Source: a virus (taxonomy: Duplodnaviria; Caudoviricetes). From it: a stretch of 64,000 bases of DNA. The translations under genes and the position numbers were made by a program. Shown here piece by piece: positions 23,801 through 32,863 of this stretch; the stretch's first letter is position 1; every line of letters begins with the position of its first letter. Where the stretch lies: positions 13,716-77,715 of the IMG/VR virus record IMGVR_UViG_3300050343_000067; one strand, written 5' to 3'. Under the pieces are notes generated by a model, which was not told the origin of the DNA, made no database searches, and was given only the letters and a program-made list of their open reading frames with translations.

Positions 23801-24085
23801 TCAACTGACCAAGATGGTAACTTTACCGTTGGTCGTTACTTTAAGGTTAACCAGTCAACTGGTAGCACAACCTTGAATGCATCTTCCTTCGATCTTTCTG
23901 GTCTATCATCCTTGAGACTCGGTTCTATCGGTGCTCAAATTGGTGAATCAATTGATGAATTCTCCAGCGACGTTACACTGTCCGCTAATAGCAACGCTAA
24001 AGTTCCTACACAGAAGGCAGTTAAGACTTACGTTGATACTAAAACGAAGACGAAAGGCTTCACTTTCTGGGCGGGAGCAATGTGA
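20816..24085 (+). CDS. Tail fibre protein
   Basis: Five or six WxxxTxYxxGDxVxxGGxxYV repeats (CBM5/12-like), beta-helix-type entry (IYVKAGTYNE...IIGD), C-terminal VPTQKAVKTYVD. Confidence 0.8.
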   Translation: MADFRLGRLKFNWRGDWTVATAYVIDDIVKFGANTYVCVSNHTSVSNEAQWYSGDGARWQVHTEGIYNRGDWADATFYKLNDIVKYGNDQYRVTVAHTSSGTFASANFISYVNGLKFEDSWDTNTEYQSGDIVTFGGYSYVALTTSTGAAPNNLGASWEILTTGFKVVGTWSNTTAYKPGDVVLLGGNSYVAKTTNTNSTPSAASADWDFVVGGFTWRGVWSSTETYQPGDAISRASNSYICVAESTNNTPETDVNGDYWNSLTQGAQSNVLTDAGDVLYISGSGAARLPIGASGQVLTVDSNGYPAWEKSNATDPVYYVTVNGSDLNSGENITKSFGSLRYALDNVTGPATIYVKAGTYNETLPMFVPENISIIGDNMRTTVIKPNVGANSSTQKLTLATVPDAALRVIGETCTNGAGDKTAQIIDVKDGGGTIDIMPITGGDWTVSDTFEAGTNDVVINQVAPILNQNSTLFYLSNRSMLKDLVMDGMAGFVPSASDPKDLNTATIEGVFVRLNPNSPITKSPYVSQCSAFSQTGVGAIVDGSVHNKYDGTGTPSNKSIVFDSWTNIHENGGVGFWITNNGAAEIVSCFTYYCHVSYCSTRGGRIRSLAGNSSWGTYAIVSSGFNENETTLDGFVDGLELNYDLTTLSAGTSFEKDEQMIGGTSGAVGEVTSFQPSADKILFRPLKGTFVQNEVVTGQTSGATATLVNNSDAQKGQNGFTFVLGGMTAAPDPGGSIEYVTGPGGAGADQFTYVVANSSYNAPSGRGELTVTRALLGSAAATHDGLSTITRYQTGTATSLSAPISSAADVTIQVSSITGINTGGYIIIGNEMMEVVAFPTATSVTVVRGVEGTSASTHTSGITVRALQIKVPSQTTTARDLTASDTIILVESATGTLSADYIKIDSEFMQVATSATITTGTVTIVLAETKPTPSYDRQLTRVRYLYSQVRLTGHDFLDIGTGNKTQTNWPGLPLSAPAPGNEVTEDFPGRVFYVSTDQDGNFTVGRYFKVNQSTGSTTLNASSFDLSGLSSLRLGSIGAQIGESIDEFSSDVTLSANSNAKVPTQKAVKTYVDTKTKTKGFTFWAGAM

Positions 24086-24147
24086 TCCCCACTTTATAAA
24101 TATTACAGATAAACTACGACATTCGGAACATTTAAGGAGTAATCAAC

Positions 24148-24468
24148 ATGGCTTCTGGCATCCTGGGGACACAAGCTTCCCTTTCAGCTAACACACTAAC
24201 TACAGTTTACACAGTCCCTGCAGCAACTGTTGCATACGTAAACTTCAACATCGTCAACACCAACGCTACAGCAGTTAGCGTTCGTGTTGCTATTTCTGCT
24301 ACTGGAACTCCAACTGGTGCAGAATACATTGAGTATAATGCAGAAATTGCAGGATACGGAATTCTGGAGAGAACTGGTATTGCGTTGCAATCAACCAAAA
24401 ACCTCGTGGTACTTTCTGATACCGCGAACGTCAGCGTTTCGGCGTATGGCGTAGAAGAAGAGGCTTGA
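24148..24468 (+). CDS. Small virion structural protein
   Basis: AAGGAG RBS; TTVYTVP...YIEYN domain paralogous to the two N-terminal domains of 34032..35171. Confidence 0.75.
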   Translation: MASGILGTQASLSANTLTTVYTVPAATVAYVNFNIVNTNATAVSVRVAISATGTPTGAEYIEYNAEIAGYGILERTGIALQSTKNLVVLSDTANVSVSAYGVEEEA

Positions 24469-24496
24469 TAAATAATCCAAAGGAGTTATAAGAACA

Positions 24497-24823
24497 ATGG
24501 GACGCAACCTATCACAAGTTATCTCACAAAGATACACAGTAGCAATTACAGCAGATCACAGTATTCTTTCAGGAGAAATTCTTCTGATTGACACTGTAGC
24601 TGGTACAGAACTTACACTTACTCTTCCTGCTAATCCATCTGCAGGTGATCGTGTCAATCTAATTGACGCCGCTGGTCAGTGTGGAACAACAAAAGCAGTT
24701 ATCGCTAGAAACGGTAATAAAATTGCCAACCTGGCAGAAGACCTAGATTTTGACATTAAGAATGCATCACTTGAACTAATCTACACTGGATCTTCTTACG
24801 GTTGGTCGATCCTTTCTAACTAA
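24497..24823 (+). CDS. Small fibre-associated protein
   Basis: AAGGAG RBS; DT...LTLTLPANPSAGD...LIY...GW domain seen in myovirus long-fibre proteins. Confidence 0.75.
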   Translation: MGRNLSQVISQRYTVAITADHSILSGEILLIDTVAGTELTLTLPANPSAGDRVNLIDAAGQCGTTKAVIARNGNKIANLAEDLDFDIKNASLELIYTGSSYGWSILSN

Positions 24824-24846
24824 TACTAATAGGGAGGTATTGACAG

Positions 24847-25788
24847 ATGTCTAGTTTAAGAGATCTACTGGATGTTGCATCGACAGATGGCATTCCAGTA
24901 GCAACGTATTACGGTCCACAAAACGCTCACCAGATCTACTGGCGTGGTGGACATTGCTGGTACTACGAGAGTAGTCACAATTATAATTGGGCAACATATA
25001 ACTGGTGTGTTCCTAGTTGCTGTGTCTGTAAGGTACAGTTTGAAATCTGGGGCGGCGGCGGAGGCGGCGGCGGTTCATGCTGCTGTATGTCTGGTGTCAA
25101 TGGTTATTCTGGTCAATACAATAAGTACACTGTTTGTGCTGATCAACAAGGTGTAAACCAATTAGACAATTGTTGCTATGTAATGTGTGCTGGTACTATT
25201 ACTTGTAGATACCCTGCCAGCGGTGGTTTTGATGGTTGCAAATCATATGTTGTCGGTCCTGGACTTGATAACTTCTGCGCTTGCGGTGGTTGTCACGGTT
25301 ATTCTTGCTGCTTCGGTGGTGGTTCCTCTAGATGGGGTTGTCGCTTCAGAATGAACTGGCAGACAGGTCAGCCACATTGCAGATGGCAGTGTGATAAGTC
25401 TGCTGGTCAATACAGTGAATCACGTACTAATCGTGACGCTGCTTGTGAGTTTGGTCGCGAATACTGGGGGAACGTTGGTTCATACAACCAGATGGACTGC
25501 CAAGAGTGTGGTAACTGGTGTATGATGAAACACTCCTCACCAACTTCTCCTTACCTAGATGGTAAGTTTGGTACATTCAATCACCAAAGACACCATTCTA
25601 TGGCTACTTGCGGTAGAACTGAAACTAATTGGTTGGCAGGTAACAACGGTGGTCTCTCTTCTGATTGCTTCAGAAACGGTCCTCCTGGTCATGGTGGATT
25701 CTCCTCCGACACCTTCGGTGGTGGTTGCTGTTGCTCCTCTGAAGGCGCTGCAGGTCTAGTTAAAGTTACATGGTTCTGCAAGGTATAA
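24847..25788 (+). CDS. Cys/Gly-rich protein, paralog 1
   Basis: 313 aa with ~33 Cys by manual count; FEIWGGGGGGGGSCCC motif; GGAGG RBS. Confidence 0.85.
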   Translation: MSSLRDLLDVASTDGIPVATYYGPQNAHQIYWRGGHCWYYESSHNYNWATYNWCVPSCCVCKVQFEIWGGGGGGGGSCCCMSGVNGYSGQYNKYTVCADQQGVNQLDNCCYVMCAGTITCRYPASGGFDGCKSYVVGPGLDNFCACGGCHGYSCCFGGGSSRWGCRFRMNWQTGQPHCRWQCDKSAGQYSESRTNRDAACEFGREYWGNVGSYNQMDCQECGNWCMMKHSSPTSPYLDGKFGTFNHQRHHSMATCGRTETNWLAGNNGGLSSDCFRNGPPGHGGFSSDTFGGGCCCSSEGAAGLVKVTWFCKV

Positions 25789-25792
25789 ACTA

Positions 25793-26746
25793 ATGGCAAA
25801 TTTACGAGGTCTCCTAGGAAAGGAATTCGATTCCACTGTTCTAGAAACTGCTGGGCAATACGGCAGTTACGAAAAAATTAGAGATGGTAAGGTGTATAAC
25901 TTCGCACCTTACTGTAACTTAAATTGCGATAGTAGTTATCGCAGTTATTGCCAAGAGTATTGGTGTATGCCATGTGGTACTACACAAGCTACTTTCGAGA
26001 TTTGGGGTGGTGGCGGATCTGGTGGTGGCGCTTGCTGTTGCCAACAGGGTATGCCTGGTGGATCTGGTTCTTATTCCAGAAAAACTATCACCAGTGCAGA
26101 TGGTTATGGTGACATGGGTGGTTGGTGTTTCTTCCTGAAGGTTGCAGAACCCACTTGCTGCTCACAGTGTTGTGTTGGTATTCAAGGTTGCAAAACATAT
26201 ATCTGTGGTAAGAACAGTTCTGCACAGAGTGCCATTGGTAGTAACTTCTGTGCAGACGGTGGACTACCTGGCAAGACTTGCTGTTATGCATACTGGGACA
26301 CTCAATTCAGATGTCTAGATAGAGTTTATTGGACAGGTTGTGGTGGATACGATCCTGCTACTGATGGTCCTAACGCCTATGGCGGTGATGAGAACATTAA
26401 AGGACATCCAGGATTTTTCAGAATTTACAATACATCCAGCAACTGCTGGGCGAAGATGGGAATGGCTTATCCACCACGTTTATTTGATCATGACGGTGGA
26501 CACATGATTTCCAACGTCAAAGGAAATGCTTGTATCAATGACGGTACTTTCTGTCAAGGAACTACTCCATGGGCGTTTGCTTCTGGTTGTAATGCTACAC
26601 TACCTGGTGTAGGCGGTCCTTCATCAACATCTTGTGGTGGTAGTTGCTGTTACGGATATAGAGGACATGGTGGATTGATTAAAATCACTTACTGTTCTTG
26701 CTGGATGGGAGTCAACCGTGACTGTGCATACCACTTCTGTAACTAA
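25793..26746 (+). CDS. Cys/Gly-rich protein, paralog 2
   Basis: 317 aa with ~31 Cys; FEIWGGGGSGGGACCC and NFCADGG motifs. Confidence 0.85.
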   Translation: MANLRGLLGKEFDSTVLETAGQYGSYEKIRDGKVYNFAPYCNLNCDSSYRSYCQEYWCMPCGTTQATFEIWGGGGSGGGACCCQQGMPGGSGSYSRKTITSADGYGDMGGWCFFLKVAEPTCCSQCCVGIQGCKTYICGKNSSAQSAIGSNFCADGGLPGKTCCYAYWDTQFRCLDRVYWTGCGGYDPATDGPNAYGGDENIKGHPGFFRIYNTSSNCWAKMGMAYPPRLFDHDGGHMISNVKGNACINDGTFCQGTTPWAFASGCNATLPGVGGPSSTSCGGSCCYGYRGHGGLIKITYCSCWMGVNRDCAYHFCN

Positions 26747-26779
26747 TTTCTAAATAGCATATAACAAGGAAAAGTACCG

Positions 26780-27682
26780 ATGCCTAACTCAAATTTACGC
26801 GATCTGCTCGGGATCGTGACAACTGAATCAATTAAAGGTTTAGCATCGGCCGATGCTACGACCAAACTACCAGCATATCCTAGTCAAGGAATGCGAACAA
26901 TGTACTTCACTGCACAGTGTGGTGCTACTTGTCAAGATTGGACTAGTAACTATAGTTACTTTGACTATCCCGATTGGAAAGTTCCTGCCAATACAAACCA
27001 AATCATTTTTGAGATTTGGGGAGCTGGTGGAGGCGGCGGTGACGGTTGTTGCTGTACTCGTGGCGTCCCTGGTTCTTCTGGTGCTTATGCATACAAAGTG
27101 CTATCTGGTTCTGACGTAGTTGCTGGTTGTTCTTATGCTTTAGACATTGGTCAGGGTGGTAGATCAAGGCAGGGTCCTGCTTGTGGTCAACCAGGTAGTA
27201 AAACTTCTATTATTGGATACGGTCTATCTAACTTCTGTGCAGACGGTGGATATGGAGGTTGCTCTTGCTGCTACATGTGTTGCTGCACTTGGGGTACTCT
27301 TTGTAACGTTTGCTGTAATGGTCCTTGCTCTTTGTATTATGGTGCTAGCGGCGGCGCACACGGCAATCCAGGTGCTGGTACGATGTGGTGTCAAGATAAT
27401 CACTGCTGGAACAAGCAACACATTCCTTATCCAGGCGGTCTAGTTAATGGTAAAGGTGGTTGGTTGCCTGGTACACAGTGCGAACAGTCTGGATGTGGAT
27501 ATTGTCTCAATCACTGGGCAACCGCCCAACTTGGTTGGGGTGGAGGTCATAGCGAGAACAACTATGTTCCTGGCGTTGGCGGTGCTTCTGCATGGGTTTA
27601 TGGTGGCGGTTGCTGCCGTGGTCAACATGGAAGCCCTGGTATGATTCGCATTTCATACAAGCAAACCCAACGCGGATATTGA
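26780..27682 (+). CDS. Cys/Gly-rich protein, paralog 3
   Basis: 300 aa with ~25 Cys; FEIWGAGGGGGDGCCC and NFCADGG motifs. Confidence 0.85.
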   Translation: MPNSNLRDLLGIVTTESIKGLASADATTKLPAYPSQGMRTMYFTAQCGATCQDWTSNYSYFDYPDWKVPANTNQIIFEIWGAGGGGGDGCCCTRGVPGSSGAYAYKVLSGSDVVAGCSYALDIGQGGRSRQGPACGQPGSKTSIIGYGLSNFCADGGYGGCSCCYMCCCTWGTLCNVCCNGPCSLYYGASGGAHGNPGAGTMWCQDNHCWNKQHIPYPGGLVNGKGGWLPGTQCEQSGCGYCLNHWATAQLGWGGGHSENNYVPGVGGASAWVYGGGCCRGQHGSPGMIRISYKQTQRGY

Positions 27683-27742
27683 TTCAATAGTTTATAAATA
27701 ATACAGCAAAGAAAACCAAGGATTAAATAAGAGATTACTATC

Positions 27743-28501
27743 ATGGCGAATATTTCAAAACCACTAACTTATAACTTGCCTGACGAGTATACCAAGCAGA
27801 CTAGTGATCTTGGTCTCACGGCAGAATTCACCTACAAAGGTCCAGAGTTTCTCTGGGTTTTTGTGAATGGCGAGACAGGTGCTCTCCAAGGAACCCAATC
27901 GTTCATTCCTACTACATCTCCAACAAAGGATGCAGAGCAGGCTAATGTACGTGCAGGTTTAGATCAGAAAGCAGTTCTTCTTCGTCCTAATACAGACGGA
28001 ACAGATCTTCTACTAGCAGCAATTCTAATTGGACAAGATACTGGCAAAGCAGCTGGTTATCCACAGAAAGAATACGCATTCCCTGCTGGTCATGCAAGAG
28101 CTGGTGAAGTATATTACGAGCGTCCCGATCCCCAGCAACCAAACCATACTTACGCAGTAGACGAGATCATGTATGATCTCACCAATGATTCCTGGGTTAC
28201 TCCTTTCCCTTGGTTCAAGCCTTGGATGACCACAGAGTTCCATACGGAAGCAAGAGACGCTACTCTCGAAGGCAATAAGGTCTTCTATGCAGAGATCAAA
28301 GGTAATATGACTGCTGATCAGATTGCTGCAGCAGACGCATGGATCACTGCAATGGAAAATCTTTATACAGATTTTGCTGGCGTTGAACCATTCATGATTC
28401 CATTCCCCACAAACCCCTTGGCAGAATTGATTGAAGACTACGACTACAACGTAGACCCAGACAAACTTTTGGAAGACGCAGCAACTGACGGTGCTGTCTG
28501 A
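27743..28501 (+). CDS. Hypothetical protein, possibly a fibre assembly chaperone
   Basis: 252 aa, acidic, own TATAAATA at 27693; position after fibre-like genes and a PFP motif near the C-terminus. Confidence 0.6.
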   Translation: MANISKPLTYNLPDEYTKQTSDLGLTAEFTYKGPEFLWVFVNGETGALQGTQSFIPTTSPTKDAEQANVRAGLDQKAVLLRPNTDGTDLLLAAILIGQDTGKAAGYPQKEYAFPAGHARAGEVYYERPDPQQPNHTYAVDEIMYDLTNDSWVTPFPWFKPWMTTEFHTEARDATLEGNKVFYAEIKGNMTADQIAAADAWITAMENLYTDFAGVEPFMIPFPTNPLAELIEDYDYNVDPDKLLEDAATDGAV

Positions 28502-28520
28502 TTAGTTTTGTGGTATAATC

Positions 28521-28546
28521 AGAGGGTCTTCGGACCCTCTTTTTTT
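28521..28546 (+). terminator. Rho-independent terminator with UUCG tetraloop
   Basis: AGAGGGTC-TTCG-GACCCTCT followed by TTTTTT. Confidence 0.93.
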
Positions 28547-28610
28547 ATGTTCGTAAAACCCCCCTGGAGACCTCACCTAAATAAAGTATATAAATCATTA
28601 GCAACTGATT

Positions 28611-29759
28611 ATGAGACCTAAATCATTTTTTGTCAATGGTGGTGCTGGACGTGTGCTTTGTTCAATACCTGCATTTGAGAAATATCAAGAGGAACATCCC
28701 GACGAGGATTTCCTAATTATCTGCGAAGGAGGTACAGACTTCTTCAAAGGTCATCCAACACTTTACGGTAAAGTGTATGACCACTGGCACAAAAATATCT
28801 TTCGAGATAAACTAATTAGTACGGATGTTAAAACACCTGAACCATATAGGGTTTGGGAATACTACAATCAAAAATGTAATCTGTCCCAAGCATTTGATAT
28901 TGAGATCAATGGGAAAGGTGTAAGAGAACTACCCAAGCCAACTGTCAAACTTTCCAAAGAAGAACAAGTAAATGGAAAGTTTATTGTTGCAGAAGTAAGG
29001 CAAAAAACAAACAAGAAAAAAACTGTTGTATTCCAACCTTTTGGTAGAGGAGTCCAAACTGTAGGAAATATCATTACCGATTCTTCTGGTAGAAGTTTTG
29101 AGTTTAAAAATGTTATTTCTATCATGAAACGTTTACAGAAAAAGTATTCTGTAATTCTAATGTCAGAGTTTGCATTCGACTTCGAGAAAGAAGGATTGAG
29201 AGATACTGTTTCTTTTCCTGCTGGAAATCAAGTTCCTTTGCGAGGATGGGCTGGCATTATTAAAGAAGCAGATCTATTTCTAGGATGTGATTCTGTTGGT
29301 CAACACATTGCATATTCAGTAGGAACACCTGTAGTTTCTGTTATGGGATCTACTTTTGGTGTCAATGTTTCATATCCAGACCACGAGAAAGTAGATGTTC
29401 TTGATATGGGCGAAGGATTGAGATTGTATGATCCTATTCGTGTCTGTCCTGATGAAGAATCTGCAAGAGTGAATGATGGCATCATGGCGATGAATGATAA
29501 AGTCGAAGAAGTTATCATGAAGTCTGTTGACAAACTGATGAATAAGTATTACACCAAACCAGATATGGACATTGTTCTTCCAGAATCTTATGGTGGTCCT
29601 CAAGAAGGATGTCCAACTCGCCCACCAGAAGCACCGCTATCAGCGCCAAAGCAGCAAGGCATGGGTCCAATTGAATTGGAAGCTGCATCAAATGGAGTAA
29701 AGATCCCCTCACTAGAACCTAGTAAGAAAGGATTTTCTCAAAATGTAAAAGTAAATTGA
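28611..29759 (+). CDS. GT-B glycosyltransferase, GT9 (heptosyltransferase)-like
   Basis: GGAGRVLCSIPAF, VVFQPFG, and ADLFLGCDSVGQHIAYSVGTPVVSVMGST (GT9 GxDSxxxHxA signature). Confidence 0.8.
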   Translation: MRPKSFFVNGGAGRVLCSIPAFEKYQEEHPDEDFLIICEGGTDFFKGHPTLYGKVYDHWHKNIFRDKLISTDVKTPEPYRVWEYYNQKCNLSQAFDIEINGKGVRELPKPTVKLSKEEQVNGKFIVAEVRQKTNKKKTVVFQPFGRGVQTVGNIITDSSGRSFEFKNVISIMKRLQKKYSVILMSEFAFDFEKEGLRDTVSFPAGNQVPLRGWAGIIKEADLFLGCDSVGQHIAYSVGTPVVSVMGSTFGVNVSYPDHEKVDVLDMGEGLRLYDPIRVCPDEESARVNDGIMAMNDKVEEVIMKSVDKLMNKYYTKPDMDIVLPESYGGPQEGCPTRPPEAPLSAPKQQGMGPIELEAASNGVKIPSLEPSKKGFSQNVKVN

Positions 29760-29766
29760 GGTTATA

Positions 29767-31452
29767 ATGTCTGTTATTGTTTCGGTTGCCCGTGGTCACA
29801 ACGGGAGTACAACTTTGCTGGTTGATGGTAAGGTAGTATTTTATCTAGAAGAAGAAAGATTATCCCGTTTTAAGTATGATGGGTCTCCTCTTCTTGGTAT
29901 ACAAAAAGTATTTGATTATGTAGATCACATTGATCATCTAGTAATTTGTCATACTCACCGTCATGGTCCAGTCCTTGATTGGTCTGGTGAAGATGCATAT
30001 AAAGGATGGACAAGAAAACTAGCTAGGAAAAAATTTGAGTTCCAAACTCACGAAATCGATACCATCCACCACGAGATGCATGCAGCGTGTGGTTTCTATA
30101 ACTCTGGGTTTGAAACTGCTGCTTGTGTAATTGCTGATGGTGCTGGTAGTTTCCTACAGATTGGAGACATTCAAGACACTTGCTATGAGTTTGAAACTAT
30201 TTTCAATGCATCATATCCTGGTGATTTTGATACTGTCTATAAGCATGTAGGTACAAAACAATCAATTGGTATGTCGGAACCAGAAGATAATATCTTTGTT
30301 ACGGAGTACCCTGGTCATACTAAAATGTATGAAGCAGTAACACAATATTGTGGATTCCCCGCCATTGAGGCAGGTAAGCTCATGGGTCTTGCTCCATACG
30401 GCAACCCTAATGAAGACCTACCATCATTCTTCAATGGCGAGTGGGGTAATCGAAATCTTATCGTCCCTACTTATCCTAATGCAGCAATGCTTAATGTTTC
30501 TCGTTATGACATTCTTAAAGAGGACGTTAAAAATCATGTTGAGGGTGAGTATACAGATGTCCAAAAAGATCTCGCTTACAAGATTCAGGAACAAACTTCC
30601 GATCGTATGGTTCAGTTAATTAAAAAAGCACATGAGTTAACTGGTGAAAAGAACATTGTAATTTGTGGCGGTTACGGTCTCAACTGCGTTGCAAACTACA
30701 AGTATTGGAAGGAGTTTCCTGATCTCAATATCTACTGTGAGCCTATCTCACATGACGGTGGTACTTCTATTGGTGGAGCAAAATATGTCTACAACAAGCT
30801 GAAGGAAACTGAAAAACCTAGTAAGCAAGAGTCTGTTTACTATGGTCCTCAATATGATCCTACTGGTTATATGACAGACCTAGAAGGTCTGGAAGTTACC
30901 GACACTTCATATGATGATGTTGCTAAACTAATTCGTGAAGGTACTATCGTAACCATCTATCAGGGTCGTTCTGAAGGAGGTCCACGAGCACTTGGCAACA
31001 GATCTATTCTGTTTGATCCTACTATCAAAGATGGTAAAGATCATGTTAATGCAGTCAAGCACCGTGAATGGTTCCGACCATTTGCTTGCTCCATTAAGAA
31101 AGAAGCAGTTCATGACTGGTTTGACCTAGCAGGTCGTGATGAGACACCTCACATGATGTATGCAGTCAAGTGTCATGATGGAGTGGAAGAAAAGATTCCT
31201 TCTGTTATCCACGTTGATAACACTTGCAGAATCCAAACAGTTACTCCAGAACAGAATGAACACTACTACAATCTCATTGATGCATTCGATAAGATTGCGG
31301 GTGTACCTATTCTGTTTAATACTTCTTTTAATCTTGGTGGAGACCCGCTGGTCGAGACAATCGAAGATGCAGTTAACACTTTAAATAATAGTGATATTGA
31401 ATGGATGTATCTTCCAGAAATTCAGAAGCTTGTTCATGTACCAAACGAATGA
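29767..31452 (+). CDS. O-carbamoyltransferase (NodU/CmcH/TobZ family)
   Basis: EEERLSR, HHEMHA, DGAG, GKLMGLAPYG, GGYGLNCVAN, GPRALGNRSIL, REWFRPFA, HVDNTCRIQTV, NTSFN. Confidence 0.95.
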   Translation: MSVIVSVARGHNGSTTLLVDGKVVFYLEEERLSRFKYDGSPLLGIQKVFDYVDHIDHLVICHTHRHGPVLDWSGEDAYKGWTRKLARKKFEFQTHEIDTIHHEMHAACGFYNSGFETAACVIADGAGSFLQIGDIQDTCYEFETIFNASYPGDFDTVYKHVGTKQSIGMSEPEDNIFVTEYPGHTKMYEAVTQYCGFPAIEAGKLMGLAPYGNPNEDLPSFFNGEWGNRNLIVPTYPNAAMLNVSRYDILKEDVKNHVEGEYTDVQKDLAYKIQEQTSDRMVQLIKKAHELTGEKNIVICGGYGLNCVANYKYWKEFPDLNIYCEPISHDGGTSIGGAKYVYNKLKETEKPSKQESVYYGPQYDPTGYMTDLEGLEVTDTSYDDVAKLIREGTIVTIYQGRSEGGPRALGNRSILFDPTIKDGKDHVNAVKHREWFRPFACSIKKEAVHDWFDLAGRDETPHMMYAVKCHDGVEEKIPSVIHVDNTCRIQTVTPEQNEHYYNLIDAFDKIAGVPILFNTSFNLGGDPLVETIEDAVNTLNNSDIEWMYLPEIQKLVHVPNE

Positions 31453-31847
31453 AAATATCTTTCGTAAACGGATGTTTTGATGTGCTCCATCCAGGACACA
31501 TCGAACTTCTAAAGTACGCTAGGTCTTTCGGAGACTATCTCATTGTTGCTATTGATTCCGACAGGAAGGTAGCAGAAATGAAAGGTCCCGAGAGACCTAT
31601 TTTTTCGCAATCTGATAGACGGTTGATGCTAGATGCCATCAGATATGTTGATGTAGTTCATGTGTTTGATACCAGACAAGAACTAGAGGAGTTGCTGGAA
31701 TCGATTAAACCTGATACAATGGTGGTCGGTTCTGACTGGAAAGGAAAAGAAGTAGTAGGTTCGCACTATGCAAAATCAGTTCGGTTTTTTGATCGACAAG
31801 GAGAATTCTCCACAACCCAAACAATTCAAGGTACTCCTTATCGGTGA
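31449..31847 (+). CDS. rfaE2: Heptose-1-phosphate nucleotidyltransferase (RfaE domain II / HldC-like)
   Basis: NGCFDVLHPGH, LIVAIDSD, KGPERPI, GSDW, terminal STT; start moved to the ATG overlapping the upstream stop. Confidence 0.88.
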   Translation: MKISFVNGCFDVLHPGHIELLKYARSFGDYLIVAIDSDRKVAEMKGPERPIFSQSDRRLMLDAIRYVDVVHVFDTRQELEELLESIKPDTMVVGSDWKGKEVVGSHYAKSVRFFDRQGEFSTTQTIQGTPYR

Positions 31848-32553
31848 TACCTGTACCGACAAGTATGTGTATGGTACAGTCACCAGAATCAGTCCTGAAG
31901 CACCAGTACCAGTCATGGTATACGATAGGGTAGAGACTGCCAAAGGCATGGCTTATAACGTCAGAGAGAACCTGATGTCTTTTGGTAGTGAGGTTTATAT
32001 GATGACTCATGAGTCTTCTATCACAAAGACTCGTTATGTAGATTCAAAATCTAATCAACAAATTATGAGATTGGATGAAAATGATACTGCAGAAGATTTT
32101 GGATGGGAGTTACCAGAAGAACAATTTGATGTCATGGTCATCTCTGACTACAACAAAGGATTCCTTTCCGAAGAAAAGATTCAAGAACTGGTAGACTGGT
32201 TTAAGGGTCCTGTCTTTATCGATAGTAAGAAGACTCGATTACCTAAAGAGTGTTATATTAAAGTCAATGATCGAGAAGCACAAAAATTAGAAGGAGACTA
32301 CCCCAATCTAATTGTAACCCGAGGATCGCAAGGATGTACTTATGATGGTATGTCTTTTCCTGGTATTAATGTACCTGTGTTTGATGTAGCAGGTGCTGGT
32401 GATACATTTCTAGCAACATTAGTTCATTTTTATCTGCTTTTAGGAACTATTGATCGTGCTATTCCATATGCAAATAAAGCAGCTGCAATTGCCGTCACAC
32501 ACTTCGGCACCTATGTCCTATCCCAAGATGATGTAAATGAAATACGTTGTTGA
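31768..32553 (+). CDS. rfaE1: PfkB-family heptose-7-phosphate kinase (RfaE domain I / HldA-like)
   Basis: LLIGDxxxDxY, RISPEAPVPV, ITKTRY, ISDYNKG, DVAGAGDTF. Confidence 0.9.
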   Translation: MQNQFGFLIDKENSPQPKQFKVLLIGDTCTDKYVYGTVTRISPEAPVPVMVYDRVETAKGMAYNVRENLMSFGSEVYMMTHESSITKTRYVDSKSNQQIMRLDENDTAEDFGWELPEEQFDVMVISDYNKGFLSEEKIQELVDWFKGPVFIDSKKTRLPKECYIKVNDREAQKLEGDYPNLIVTRGSQGCTYDGMSFPGINVPVFDVAGAGDTFLATLVHFYLLLGTIDRAIPYANKAAAIAVTHFGTYVLSQDDVNEIRC

Positions 32554-32863
32554 TATTGATAATACTATTTGTACACCAACTGTAGGTAGAAACTACGAAG
32601 AAGCCCAACCTTGGCATAATAGAATTGATAAAATAAATAAGTTGTATGATGAAGGTCATACAATAGTATACTTCACTGCTAGAGGAATGGGTAGGTTTGA
32701 TGGAGATCCTGATGCAGCTTGGAAAGCATCTCAACTCCTAACAGATCTAACCAGAGAACAATTAAATACTTGGGGATGTAAGTATCATGATTTGATACTA
32801 GGAAAACCACACGCTGATTATTTTATTGACGATAAAGGAATTAACTCTAATGACTTCTTTTAA
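32537..32863 (+). CDS. HAD-superfamily phosphatase, possible GmhB equivalent
   Basis: VDIDNTIC (DxDxT), FTARG, GKP...IDDK. Confidence 0.82.
   Translation: MKYVVDIDNTICTPTVGRNYEEAQPWHNRIDKINKLYDEGHTIVYFTARGMGRFDGDPDAAWKASQLLTDLTREQLNTWGCKYHDLILGKPHADYFIDDKGINSNDFF

Noticed and set aside
24847-27682. Cys-rich ORFs as RiPP precursors or low-complexity noise
   Set aside because: They are ~300 aa with conserved shared domain motifs, and no RiPP maturase or exporter lies nearby
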